NCBI GenBank assembly: GCA_033762295.1
Contig: JANRLW010000009.1
Location: 33,614 to 97,613, forward strand
DNA: 64,000 nt
Source: Capsulimonadales bacterium
GTDB lineage: Bacteria; Armatimonadota; Armatimonadia; Armatimonadales; Armatimonadaceae
Reading direction: 5' to 3'
Shown: in pieces, positions 1 to 9,835 of the stretch
Position numbering within the stretch: the first letter of the stretch is position 1
How the letters are laid out: each line of letters starts with the position of its first letter
Translations under genes and position numbers: made by a program
The notes under the pieces: model-generated
The model's database searches: none
Told to the model about the DNA's origin: nothing
The model's input: the letters and a program-made list of their open reading frames with translations, nothing else

Positions 1-34
1 GCGAACCGTCCGCAATCCCCGCAGGAGGTCCGTC

Positions 35-3000
35 GTGAAAGACGTTTTTCTCTTCGAACTCCGTTTCCGCACACGACAGATCTCGACCTACCTTTTTTTC
101 GGGATCTTCTTCCTCCTCGCCCTCCTGTTCATATCGACCGATATCGTGCAGCTCGGCGGCGGGGACGGCCGGGTCAAAGGAAACGCTCCCTTCGTGATCT
201 CCGTGGCCGGAACCATCCTGATGGTCCTTGGCGGAACCATCTGCTCCGCTCTGCTCGGAACCGCCGTCTACCGCGATTTCGAAGCGAACGCGCACGAACT
301 GTTCTTCACCACCCGGCTTTCGAAGCGCGACTACCTGTTCGGGCGTTTCCTGGGCGCCTTCGTCGTGACCGTCCTGGTCTTTCTGTCGATTCCGCTCGGG
401 TTCATCCTGGGGACCGTCGCGCCCTGGGCCGACAAATCCGACTTCGGACCCTTTCGCGCCGACGCCTACCTGTTCTTCCTCGGCGTCTATCTGCTGCCCA
501 ACTTGTTGCTGGTCGGCTCCTTCTGTTTTGTTTTCGGCGCGTTGACGCGCAGTCTCCTCGCCATTTACGTTCAGGGCATCCTGCTCTTCGTCGGCTGGGC
601 CATGTCCCTGAGCCTCCTGAGCAACCTGGAAAGCCGGGAACTGGCCGCTTTCTTCGATCCTTTCGGCCTGAGCGCGACCTCCCTGCTGACCCGATACTGG
701 ACACTGGCGGAGAAAAACACCTCGCTTCTCACCCTCTCCGGTCCGCTGCTGGTCAATCGCGCCTTCTGGCTGGCCATTGCGGCGGTCGTTTTCGCGATCG
801 GTTACCGTCTGTTCGCTTTTTCACGACATCCCCTGACCCTGGCGCGCCGCCGCAAGACAGCCATCGATAACGCCACGTTAACGGAGTCGGTTTTACCGTC
901 CCAACTGCCGCCGGCGGCCACGGAACCCGTCTCGCCCCGGACCGTCTACCTCCGGTTGACCGGATTTTACTATCGTGAAATCCTGCGTGGCGTTCCCTTT
1001 CTCGCCATTACCTTCGCCGGTATGCTGCTGCTTTTCGTCAACGCTTCCCAGGCCGACCGCATTTTCGATACGCCGATCTATCCCGTGACCCGCGTCATGA
1101 TGGACAGCGTCGCCAACGGCTTTTCGCTGTTCTTCGTCATTCTGATCACCTTCTACACCGGGGAACTGGTCTGGCGGGAACGCGTGCTCCGTCTGGACCA
1201 GATTACCGACGCTCTGCCGACGTCGACCGCGGCCGGAATGCTCGCCAAAGTGTCGGCGATCGTCGCCATGCTGATGACGCTGAACGTCGGTCTGATCGCC
1301 GCCGGGATCGTGACCCAGGCCGCGAAGGGCTATTTCCACTTCGAACTGCCGCTGTACGCCACCTACCTGTTCGGCATCCTCCTTCCCGGCTGGATCGCCA
1401 TGGTCTTTCTCGCCTTTTTCCTGCATTCCGTTCTCAACAACAAATTCCTGGGCCATACCGCCCTGATTCTGATCTCCCTCTCCGCGTCCGTTCTGCCCCT
1501 GCTCAAACTGGAACGCTACCTCTACCGGTTCGGCTCCGGACCGACCCCGGTGTACTCCGATATGAACGGCTTCGGACCGTTCCTGGCACCGGTGTTCTGG
1601 TTTACCCTGTACTGGCTGGCGGTTTCCGTGTTGCTGCTCCTGGCCGCGCTTCGCCTCTGGGTCCGGGGCAAGGAGGAACGCCTGTTCTTCCGCTGGCAAA
1701 ACGGGCGCATCGGTCGGGCCGGAAACGTTGTCGGCGTAACCGCCGCAGCGACCGTCGTCGGAAGCGCCGCCTTTATCACCTACAACACCGACGTTCTCCA
1801 CGAATACGTCCCGAAACAGGAGGGGCTTCGCCGCCAGGAAACCTATGAACGCTCCTACAAGGCCGCCTGGGAAAAGAAACCGATGCCGCACATCACGGCT
1901 GTCCGACTCGACGTCGACCTTCAGCCGGAACGACTCCGGTACGCCGTTCGGGGAACGTACCGCCTGAGAAATAAATCCGGGCGTCCGATCCGCGAAGTCG
2001 CCCTGCAGACGGACCAGACCCTTACCGTGAAGGAACTGCGGTTCGCCGTTCCGGTCACCCCCGATATCGTCGATAACGCCACGGGCTTCCGAACCTTCCG
2101 CCTGGAACGTCCGCTGTCTCCCGGCGAGGAAACCACGCTCGATTTTTCGCTCGCCTATGACAAAACCGGCTTCCCGAACGACGGCATTCAGACCGCCATC
2201 GCCGAAAACGGAACGTTCGTGACCATGCCGGTCCCTGCGATCGGGTACCAGCCCGGCGGCGAAATCACCGACGAACGGGAACGGGAAAAGCGAAAGTTGC
2301 CGAAGCGTCCCCGTATGCCGGCCCTGACCGATACCGCCGCCCGCAACCGTACCTATCTGGGCAGCGACGCCGACTGGATCGACTTCGAGGCCACCGTCCG
2401 GACCTCCCCCGACCAGACCGCCATCGCCCCCGGCTACCTGCAAAAGGAATGGACGGAAAACGGACGACGCTGTTTCCGCTACAAAATGGATGCCCCCATC
2501 CGCAACTTCTACTCCTTCCTCTCGGCCAGGTACGCGGTCAAGCGCGACACCTGGACCGGACAAGACGGCAAAAAGGTTGCCCTCGAGATCTGGTACCACC
2601 CCGCCCATGCCTATAATCTCGACCGGATGATGGCGGGAATGAAAGATGCGCTCACCTATTGCTCCGAGAACTTCGGCCCGTATCAGTTCCGACAACTTCG
2701 CATCCTGGAGTTCCCGGCATACGCTTCCTTCGCCCAGTCCTTCCCGAATACCGTCCCTTACTCCGAGGCCATCGGGTTCATCGCCCGCGTTCGAGAGGAG
2801 GAGGAGGACATCGACTACCCGTACTACGTCACGGCGCATGAAACCGCCCACCAGTGGTGGGCGCACCAGGTGCTGGGAGCGGACATGGAAGGGGCGACCC
2901 TGCTCTCCGAATCGCTGGCCGAGTACTCCGCACTGAAGATCCTGGAGAAAAAGTACGGCCCCGAACGGATTCGCCGGTTCCTGAGACACGATCTCGACCG

Positions 3001-3637
3001 TTACCTGCGCGGGCGCGGCGGCGAGCGGGAGGAGGAGAATCCCCTGGTCAAAGTGCAGAACCAGCAGTACATTCACTACCCGAAGGGCGCCCTCGCCTTC
3101 TACGCGCTGGCGGATCGGATCGCCGAAAAACGTCTGAACGCCGTCCTGGCGCGGTTCGTTCGGGACAAAGGGTTTCAGGAGCCTCCGTACACGACCTCCC
3201 TCGAACTGCTGGAATATCTCAAAACGGCGACGCCCGCCGGGGATCGTACCTTCCTCGGTGACCTGTTCGAGCGGATTACCATGTATGACTGCCGGGCGAC
3301 GGAGGCGTCCGCGAAACGGTTGCCTGACGGAAAATGGCGGGTGACGGTGACCGTCTCGGCAAGCAAGCGGTACGCCGACGGTTCGGGACGAGAGACCGTC
3401 GCCCCCCTCGACGACCTCTTCGACATCGGTGTTTTCGCGGCCGCGCAGGGAAGGCAACGAGACAAGGACGCGGTCGGCAAGCCGTTGATTCTGGAACGTC
3501 ACCGGCTGACAACGGAACGGCGGACATTCACCTTCGAAACGGAGACCGAACCCGCGAAGGCCGGTATCGATCCTTACAACAAAATGATCGACCGCATCCC
3601 TTCGGACAATGTCATCAAGGTGACGACCGCGCCCTGA
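35..3637 (+). CDS. ABC-2-type permease / M1 family aminopeptidase fusion protein
   Basis: GTG after GGAGG; ~580 aa multi-TM N-terminal half; soluble C-terminal half with AQSFP and zinc motif HETAHQWW...ESLAEY (HEXXH-X18-E). Confidence 0.88.
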   Translation: MKDVFLFELRFRTRQISTYLFFGIFFLLALLFISTDIVQLGGGDGRVKGNAPFVISVAGTILMVLGGTICSALLGTAVYRDFEANAHELFFTTRLSKRDYLFGRFLGAFVVTVLVFLSIPLGFILGTVAPWADKSDFGPFRADAYLFFLGVYLLPNLLLVGSFCFVFGALTRSLLAIYVQGILLFVGWAMSLSLLSNLESRELAAFFDPFGLSATSLLTRYWTLAEKNTSLLTLSGPLLVNRAFWLAIAAVVFAIGYRLFAFSRHPLTLARRRKTAIDNATLTESVLPSQLPPAATEPVSPRTVYLRLTGFYYREILRGVPFLAITFAGMLLLFVNASQADRIFDTPIYPVTRVMMDSVANGFSLFFVILITFYTGELVWRERVLRLDQITDALPTSTAAGMLAKVSAIVAMLMTLNVGLIAAGIVTQAAKGYFHFELPLYATYLFGILLPGWIAMVFLAFFLHSVLNNKFLGHTALILISLSASVLPLLKLERYLYRFGSGPTPVYSDMNGFGPFLAPVFWFTLYWLAVSVLLLLAALRLWVRGKEERLFFRWQNGRIGRAGNVVGVTAAATVVGSAAFITYNTDVLHEYVPKQEGLRRQETYERSYKAAWEKKPMPHITAVRLDVDLQPERLRYAVRGTYRLRNKSGRPIREVALQTDQTLTVKELRFAVPVTPDIVDNATGFRTFRLERPLSPGEETTLDFSLAYDKTGFPNDGIQTAIAENGTFVTMPVPAIGYQPGGEITDEREREKRKLPKRPRMPALTDTAARNRTYLGSDADWIDFEATVRTSPDQTAIAPGYLQKEWTENGRRCFRYKMDAPIRNFYSFLSARYAVKRDTWTGQDGKKVALEIWYHPAHAYNLDRMMAGMKDALTYCSENFGPYQFRQLRILEFPAYASFAQSFPNTVPYSEAIGFIARVREEEEDIDYPYYVTAHETAHQWWAHQVLGADMEGATLLSESLAEYSALKILEKKYGPERIRRFLRHDLDRYLRGRGGEREEENPLVKVQNQQYIHYPKGALAFYALADRIAEKRLNAVLARFVRDKGFQEPPYTTSLELLEYLKTATPAGDRTFLGDLFERITMYDCRATEASAKRLPDGKWRVTVTVSASKRYADGSGRETVAPLDDLFDIGVFAAAQGRQRDKDAVGKPLILERHRLTTERRTFTFETETEPAKAGIDPYNKMIDRIPSDNVIKVTTAP

Positions 3638-3643
3638 GTCGCG

Positions 3644-4543
3644 TCAGGATAACAGACCGGCGTTCCGGAGGGTTCGGAGAAGCATCTCCTCCACCGGAGC
3701 GTCGGTGGTCGTCTGCAGATAGTCCATACCATGTCGCTGGGACAGTTCGGAGAGCGATGCGCAAAACCGATGGAATGCCTCGCGATAGTTGGCCAGTACC
3801 GCCGGGGTGATACTGACCTCCCGCGTCTCACCCGTTACCGCATCCACGAGCCGAAGATCCCCCACGACATTCGGTTCCGCCTCCTCCGGCGCGAGAATCT
3901 GCAGAAGAACGACCTCAAATCGACGGGACAGCAGGGCGCGAACGCCCCGTTCCCAGTTCGGATCGAAAAAGTCGGAGAGGACGATACAGATGCCCGGTGA
4001 GGAATGACGGGCGGTATAGTTCCGTAGCGCGTGGACAAAATCCGTCCGTCCGCCCGGGGACAGGCTCTCCAGATACTCGAAAAGCCGTGGCGCAGATGCC
4101 TGCCCGCGCAGCGTCGGAACCCGGCTCCCGACCGTTTGCGCGAAACAGGCGACCGAAACACGATCGTAACGGATCAAACTGACATAGCCGATCGATGCCG
4201 CGATCTTACGGGCAAAGTCAAACTTGGTCATTCTCCCGGCGAACGTCTCCACCGGATACTCCATGCTCTGGGAGGCATCCAGCAACAGATGGATCGAAAC
4301 GTCCTCCTGGGAAAACAGCCTTTGGAACAGCCGTTCCGGACGCAGAAACGCCTGCCGATCGACGTGCCTGGGGTCGTCCTCTATCCCGTACGGCCGGAAA
4401 TCCGACACCTCGGGCGAAGCGCCGGGACGGAGGGGCCGCTTTTCCCCTTTTTTCGGGCCGGAGAAAGGGCGGCGCGCTGTCCCGGACAGTCGCTCCAACG
4501 CCCGGAGAAACTCCGGTTCCAGAAACCTGCTTTGCACCGACAT
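3644..4543 (-). CDS. DUF58 domain (vWA-like) protein
   Basis: FLEPEFLRALERL, LLLDASQSM, VLSDFFD, LRLVDAVTGE motifs; start moved to ATG 4543. Confidence 0.8.
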   Translation of the reverse strand: MSVQSRFLEPEFLRALERLSGTARRPFSGPKKGEKRPLRPGASPEVSDFRPYGIEDDPRHVDRQAFLRPERLFQRLFSQEDVSIHLLLDASQSMEYPVETFAGRMTKFDFARKIAASIGYVSLIRYDRVSVACFAQTVGSRVPTLRGQASAPRLFEYLESLSPGGRTDFVHALRNYTARHSSPGICIVLSDFFDPNWERGVRALLSRRFEVVLLQILAPEEAEPNVVGDLRLVDAVTGETREVSITPAVLANYREAFHRFCASLSELSQRHGMDYLQTTTDAPVEEMLLRTLRNAGLLS

Positions 4544-4741
4544 GGTAGGCACCGTCGCTTTCTTTACCGATCCGTTCTTCTTCGAACGATCGGGCGTCTC
4601 CTGGCCGAAATCGGGAAGACCGTTTAATTGGAATTCACCAACCCCGACTTTTGTTTCAAGCATACACTCCCGGACCGTCCGTATGCAAGCCCCCGGAGCG
4701 AATTCGAGCGGGCTGCCGACCGTATCCGGGTCGCGAACGGT

Positions 4742-7700
4742 CTATTCCGGGCAGATGAAATAGTACGGGCAGGTCGGACAATCGGCCGTATCGGCGGGCG
4801 TCGGCGGAAACACCTTCAGGCGGATGCCGCGTAAAGCGCGGTCATACTGCTCGAGGTGACGGAGGCGGGTTTTCGGGCGATCGGGGACCGCCAGTGTCTC
4901 ACCGGACTGCAAAAACCGCAGGCGAAGGTCCGGCTTACCGCCCGGTCGCGCTTTGAGCGCGGCCTCGTACAGCAGCGAGTAGCGAGGGTCCCGGAGAATA
5001 TCGCTGTTTTCGGGATCGGTCGGCGGTCGCCGGAACGTGTGGCATTCCATCGTCGCCCCGTCGGACGACACGAAATCCGGCCGGACCTCGATCGCTCCGT
5101 TTTCCAGTTCCAGCGTCAGCGATGCCGGTAAATCCTTCCGCCGGAACGGCGCGACGCCGCTCGCGGCTGCGATATTTCGCTTTACCCGCTGTACGATCTC
5201 TCCCGCCGCCTGCCGGTACAGTTCCGCGTGCGGGTGCGTTTCGTCCAGTCCGTGCTCCACCCAGGCCGCCTCCAGAGCCACCGCCGGGTCCGGGCTTTCC
5301 AGCGCTTCCTCGAGCGTTCGCTTGAACGCATCGTAGGCGGTTCTTTCGCCGGTCGGGACGTTCGCCACCTCCTGATAGAAGTAACGGCGCGGGCAGCGCA
5401 GATACAACTCCGCCTCGGATGCCCGGATCGGTCCGGTCGGCGCGTCATCGGCATGGAGCGTTGACTCGAAATCGACGGTTTCGCCGACCGGTTCCGCCGA
5501 AGCTTGCGCATAGTGCGCGGAGACCGACCAGACCTCGTTCCGAATTCCCGGTATCCCGTTCAGCGACTTCAGAAGCGGTGACGGCCACTCCGGACGGCTG
5601 CCGTATTTCAACGCTCGTGACAGAACGATATGATCCCGCGCACGTGTCAGAGCGACGAAAAACAGGCGCGATTCCTCCTCCAGCGAGCTTGCGCCCGCTT
5701 TTTCATCGCCCGGCACCGGCGGCAACAGCGACGGCCCCGGACGGGAGGGAAACTTGTTCTGCGAAAGGTTGGGCACATAGACGATCGGGAACTCCAGTCC
5801 CTTCGCGCCATGCACGGTCAGGAAACGAACGACATCGGCGCCTTCGTCGGTTTCCGGGTCGGCGAATGTCGTCCCCAGTCGCGCCATCCGCCGCAGATGC
5901 CGTAAAAAGGCGCGTCGTGGCTCATCGTCCTCCTCGAGCAACGCCACCGATCGATCCCGGAACGCTCGCGCTAGCGCAAGGAGGCGTGCCGCACCCGCCG
6001 TGTCCTCCAGCGTTCGAATCCAGCCCGGTCGCCCCCAGAAGAGTTCCAGATAAAAATCGAGCGCATCGCTGCGATACGGCAATCCCTCCGGAAGCTGCGG
6101 GTGGCGTCGCCGGGCCGGTCCCGCCGGTTCGGCCGCACGGGAGAGCAGCGCGACCAGATTTCGGACATCCCGACGCGCCAGAAACCCACCCTCCTCCATG
6201 CCGCCGGCCGTCGGTATTCCGCGCGCGGTCAGCGCCGCCCGCAACTGACGCGCCTGGTTGCGCGTACGACAGAGCACCACCTGATCGCGGAACGCATACC
6301 CTTCCTGTTCGACGAAGTATCGCATCGTGTTGGCGATCCCGTCCGCCTGCGCCCGGTCATCGTCCGCAATCGCCAGCGTGACCGAGGCCGCCGGTTCCTC
6401 CTTACGCGATGCCTTCCAGGTCGCCGCCCCTTCCCCGCTGACCACACCGAACAGTGTCACCAGTTCCGCGCGCGAACGGTAGTTCATCGCAAGATCGGTC
6501 CGCTCTCCGTTCGGGAAATCGTTCCGAAACTGAGCGACATTGGCGGGGGAGGCCCCACGGAACTGGTAGATGCTCTGCCGCACATCGCCGACGCACCAAA
6601 GACCGTCGCCGTCGCCGGCCAGCAGTTGAACCAGCCGCGCCCCGGCACGGTTGACATCCTGATACTCATCCACGAGAATATGATGCCACTGAGCGCGTTC
6701 CGCCGTCCGCACCTCCTCGTTCTCCTCGAGCAGGCGCAGGGTCCGGCAGATCAGATCGCTGTAGTCCATCGCCCCCTTGTCCCGAAGAATCCGCTCGTAG
6801 AACGCATACACCCGTGCGACGTCCCGCAACCGATCATCCCCCGCCGCCTCCGCCCGTTCGGCGAACTCCTGGGGAGACATCATCTCCTCCTTGACACGTG
6901 CGATCATCCGCAGAATATCGGGGAGCGGGAACGCCAGGTCATGAAGGTACTGCAGGGCCGTCAGCCCCAGGTGGGCGGCACGACGCTCCAGAAGGGCGCA
7001 GGCATCCGCCATTTCCAGCAGAACGGGGGTCGCCGGAAGCCCGATCACCGTGCCATGCCGACGCAGCATCTCCAATCCGTAGGCGTGGAACGTACTGATG
7101 GAGGCGCGACGCGCGACCTCCGGTGCGACCAGAGCGATCCGCTCCCGCATCTCCTCCGCCGCCTTACGGGAAAAGGTCAACGCCAGCAGGTTCTCCGGGG
7201 GAACGCCGCACTCCTCGGTCAGAAAAAGCACGCGGGCGGTCAGCGTTCGGGTCTTCCCCGTACCCGGCCCCGCTCCGACCAGCAGAGGTCCCTTCTCCGC
7301 ACGCGCGGCCTTCTCCTGACTGGGATCGAGGGTCGTCGAGAGAGGAGCCGGTGGTACGACAGCGGACTCGTCGGTGTCCGGCGCGACCGCCGGACTCTCC
7401 GTCAGACTTTCCGTCAACTGGGCAAAAACGAGCGCCGACGGCAGCCCCAGACGGGCAGCCATTCGGTGAGCATCCGTCCCCGCATCGAACAGCCGACGCG
7501 CCGACGATGCGGGTAAAAGGAACTCGCGGGCAAACACATTCGCCTCGGTTTCACGACGTTGTCGCGGACCGTACCCGATGTTAAGCGTCGATTCCGGTTC
7601 GGCGAAGTCCTCCTCACAGCAATGGCAGAGGATGCCTTTCTCATGGAGGTAGAAATGGGCGAGTTCATGGGCGAGATAGACCCGTCGCTCCGCCGGCAGG

Positions 7701-7933
7701 GCGTCGGCACGAACCCAGATCGCCCGGGCCTCCGGGTCCAGAACGGCATGCGCCCCGGAAAGCAGGGCATCGCTCGGGCGACGCGGGTAACAGCGCAGGC
7801 CCGCCACCTTCAGGGCGGTATTGAGAAGCTGCTCCGCCGGCGCATCAGCCTCCTCTCCCCTCGTTCCCAGGAGAAGGGCTCGTCGTTCCCGCGCCGCCGC
7901 ACGCGCCGCCTGCCATGTGGTCGCCGCTCCCAA
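4742..7933 (-). CDS. ImmA/IrrE metallopeptidase - UvrD/PcrA SF1A helicase - PD-(D/E)XK-like Fe-S domain fusion
   Basis: HELAH...ETEANVFAREFLLP; GAGPGTGKT, LTFSRKAA, VDEYQD, VGDVRQSIYQFRGA, NYRS, TVHGAKGLEF, EESRLFFVALTRAR; CPRRY...CPTCPYYFIC. TTG start at 7933 inferred from TATAAT 6 nt upstream. Confidence 0.85.
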   Translation of the reverse strand: MGAATTWQAARAAARERRALLLGTRGEEADAPAEQLLNTALKVAGLRCYPRRPSDALLSGAHAVLDPEARAIWVRADALPAERRVYLAHELAHFYLHEKGILCHCCEEDFAEPESTLNIGYGPRQRRETEANVFAREFLLPASSARRLFDAGTDAHRMAARLGLPSALVFAQLTESLTESPAVAPDTDESAVVPPAPLSTTLDPSQEKAARAEKGPLLVGAGPGTGKTRTLTARVLFLTEECGVPPENLLALTFSRKAAEEMRERIALVAPEVARRASISTFHAYGLEMLRRHGTVIGLPATPVLLEMADACALLERRAAHLGLTALQYLHDLAFPLPDILRMIARVKEEMMSPQEFAERAEAAGDDRLRDVARVYAFYERILRDKGAMDYSDLICRTLRLLEENEEVRTAERAQWHHILVDEYQDVNRAGARLVQLLAGDGDGLWCVGDVRQSIYQFRGASPANVAQFRNDFPNGERTDLAMNYRSRAELVTLFGVVSGEGAATWKASRKEEPAASVTLAIADDDRAQADGIANTMRYFVEQEGYAFRDQVVLCRTRNQARQLRAALTARGIPTAGGMEEGGFLARRDVRNLVALLSRAAEPAGPARRRHPQLPEGLPYRSDALDFYLELFWGRPGWIRTLEDTAGAARLLALARAFRDRSVALLEEDDEPRRAFLRHLRRMARLGTTFADPETDEGADVVRFLTVHGAKGLEFPIVYVPNLSQNKFPSRPGPSLLPPVPGDEKAGASSLEEESRLFFVALTRARDHIVLSRALKYGSRPEWPSPLLKSLNGIPGIRNEVWSVSAHYAQASAEPVGETVDFESTLHADDAPTGPIRASEAELYLRCPRRYFYQEVANVPTGERTAYDAFKRTLEEALESPDPAVALEAAWVEHGLDETHPHAELYRQAAGEIVQRVKRNIAAASGVAPFRRKDLPASLTLELENGAIEVRPDFVSSDGATMECHTFRRPPTDPENSDILRDPRYSLLYEAALKARPGGKPDLRLRFLQSGETLAVPDRPKTRLRHLEQYDRALRGIRLKVFPPTPADTADCPTCPYYFICPE

Positions 7934-8032
7934 TAGCCCATTATATCGCTCCGCCGCGCGGAAAACCGCTGTTTGACTCCGTCCCGTTGGCGGCGATCGA
8001 GGACCGCCTGTACAATAGCCGGGTTTTCCGCC

Positions 8033-9022
8033 ATGCCGACGCCGATTATCCGTGTGGAATCGCTCCGCAAGACCTACCGTATCGCCGAACGGGCCGCCGG
8101 TTCCTGGAACGCGATCAAATCGCTGCTTCGACCGTCCTACCGTGAAAAGGTCGCCCTGGACGACGTCTCTTTTGAAATGCAGCCGGGCGAACTGGTCGGC
8201 TACATCGGACCCAACGGCGCGGGCAAATCGACCACCGTCAAAATTCTCGCCGGGATTCTGGTCCCCGATCGCGGCGTCTGCACCGTGCTCGAACGTGTCC
8301 CCTACGAGCGGCGAATAGAGCACGTCCGTCGGATCGGCGTCGTCTTCGGACAGAGGTCGCAACTCTGGTGGGACCTTCCGGTGATCGAATCGTTCGATCT
8401 CCTGCGGGAAATCTATCGCGTCGACAAAACCGCCTATGCTCGCCTGCGCGATGACCTGATTGCCCGCCTCGACCTTGGCTCCTTTCTCTCCGTTCCGGTC
8501 CGTCAACTCAGTCTGGGCCAGCGGATGCGCTGTGAACTGGCCGCCTCCCTCCTCCATGCCCCCGATCTGCTTTTCCTGGACGAGCCGACGATCGGTCTGG
8601 ACGCCGTCTCCAAACTGGCGGTCCGGGAGTTTATTCGCGACCTGAACCGGGAACGCGGGACGACGGTCATCCTGACCACACACGATATGGATGATATCGA
8701 GGCTCTCTGTTCCCGTGTTCTGGTGATCGCCGACGGACACATCCTCTCCGACGGATCGCTGACCGCTCTCCGGACACAGGTGACCCGCGAACGATGGCTC
8801 ACCCTCGATCTGGAGAACCCCGATACCTCCGTCACCGACCCGGCGGCGACCGTTATCAAACGGGAAGGCGACCGGGTGACGCTCGCCTTCGATCCGGAGA
8901 CGATACCGGCGGCCACCCTGATCGCCCGGCTGACCGCCCGGGTCGGAATCCGCGATCTCTTCGTCGGCAATCCGCCGATCGAGGAGATCATCGCTCGCCT
9001 GTACGGAGAACGCTCCCGATGA
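8033..9022 (+). CDS. ABC transporter ATP-binding protein
   Basis: GPNGAGKST, LSLGQRMR, LFLDEPT, TTH. Confidence 0.93.
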   Translation: MPTPIIRVESLRKTYRIAERAAGSWNAIKSLLRPSYREKVALDDVSFEMQPGELVGYIGPNGAGKSTTVKILAGILVPDRGVCTVLERVPYERRIEHVRRIGVVFGQRSQLWWDLPVIESFDLLREIYRVDKTAYARLRDDLIARLDLGSFLSVPVRQLSLGQRMRCELAASLLHAPDLLFLDEPTIGLDAVSKLAVREFIRDLNRERGTTVILTTHDMDDIEALCSRVLVIADGHILSDGSLTALRTQVTRERWLTLDLENPDTSVTDPAATVIKREGDRVTLAFDPETIPAATLIARLTARVGIRDLFVGNPPIEEIIARLYGERSR

Positions 9023-9825
9023 CCGGTCTATGGCCCTATTTTGCCCTTTTCTCGGCCCGCTTTCGGACCCTGATCCAGTACCGCGAAGCGGCGATCGCCG
9101 GCATGGCAACCCAGTTGTTCTGGGGTTTGATCAAAATCATGATCCTGGAGGGGTTCTACCACGGCACGACGCGGACCCCACCGATGTCGCTCGCGCAGGC
9201 CGTCACCTATACCTGGCTCGGTCAGGCGTTCCTCGCCATGTTGCCGTTCACCGCCAACCCCGATCCCGACGTCCGAAACATGATCCGCACCGGAGCCGTC
9301 GCCTACGAACTGGCGCGCCCGATCGACCTGTACTCCCTGTGGCTGTCACGGCAGTTCGCCGCCCGGACCGCGCCAACCCTGCTTCGCTGTGTTCCGATCT
9401 TTCTGATCGCCGTTCCTTTCCTTGGCATGGGGTTACCCCCCACCCTCGCCTCCGGAGCAGCGTTTGTCGTCAGCCTTGCCGGAGCGTTATGGCTCGTCTG
9501 CAGTTTCATGACGATCATCACGATCTCTCTGTTATGGACCATCTCCGGGGACGGAATCGCCCGACTCGTCCCGTCCGTCACTCTCCTTCTCTCCGGCCTC
9601 ATCATCCCGTTGCCGCTGTTCCCGCCTGCCCTTCAAACGTTCCTGAAATGGCAGCCCTTCTCCGGCGTCGCCGATTCGCCTTTCCGCCTGTACTTCGGGC
9701 ATCTTCCACCGGAAGCCCTGGGAGGCGTCCTGTTGCACCAACTGGCCTGGAGCCTTGTCTTTGTCCTGATCGGTCGCCTGTTGCTGCGGCGTGGCCTGCG
9801 GCTTTTGACGGTTCAGGGAGGCTGA
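9019..9825 (+). CDS. ABC-2 family permease (DUF990-like)
   Basis: ATGA overlap with the ATPase gene; QYR, IRTGAVAYELARP, C-terminal VQGG; about 6 TM. Confidence 0.87.
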   Translation: MTGLWPYFALFSARFRTLIQYREAAIAGMATQLFWGLIKIMILEGFYHGTTRTPPMSLAQAVTYTWLGQAFLAMLPFTANPDPDVRNMIRTGAVAYELARPIDLYSLWLSRQFAARTAPTLLRCVPIFLIAVPFLGMGLPPTLASGAAFVVSLAGALWLVCSFMTIITISLLWTISGDGIARLVPSVTLLLSGLIIPLPLFPPALQTFLKWQPFSGVADSPFRLYFGHLPPEALGGVLLHQLAWSLVFVLIGRLLLRRGLRLLTVQGG

Positions 9826-9835
9826 AGGAGAACCC

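Noticed and set aside
893..3502. 869-aa minus-strand ORF and similar long antisense ORFs (e.g. 52422..54323, 53989..55809, 60594..62201)
   Set aside because: Stop-poor shadow frames typical of GC-rich DNA opposite motif-bearing genes
7934..9109. N-terminal 392 aa of the 1455-aa ORF 4742..9109
   Set aside because: Antisense shadow of the ABC ATPase gene; the real protein begins near 7933
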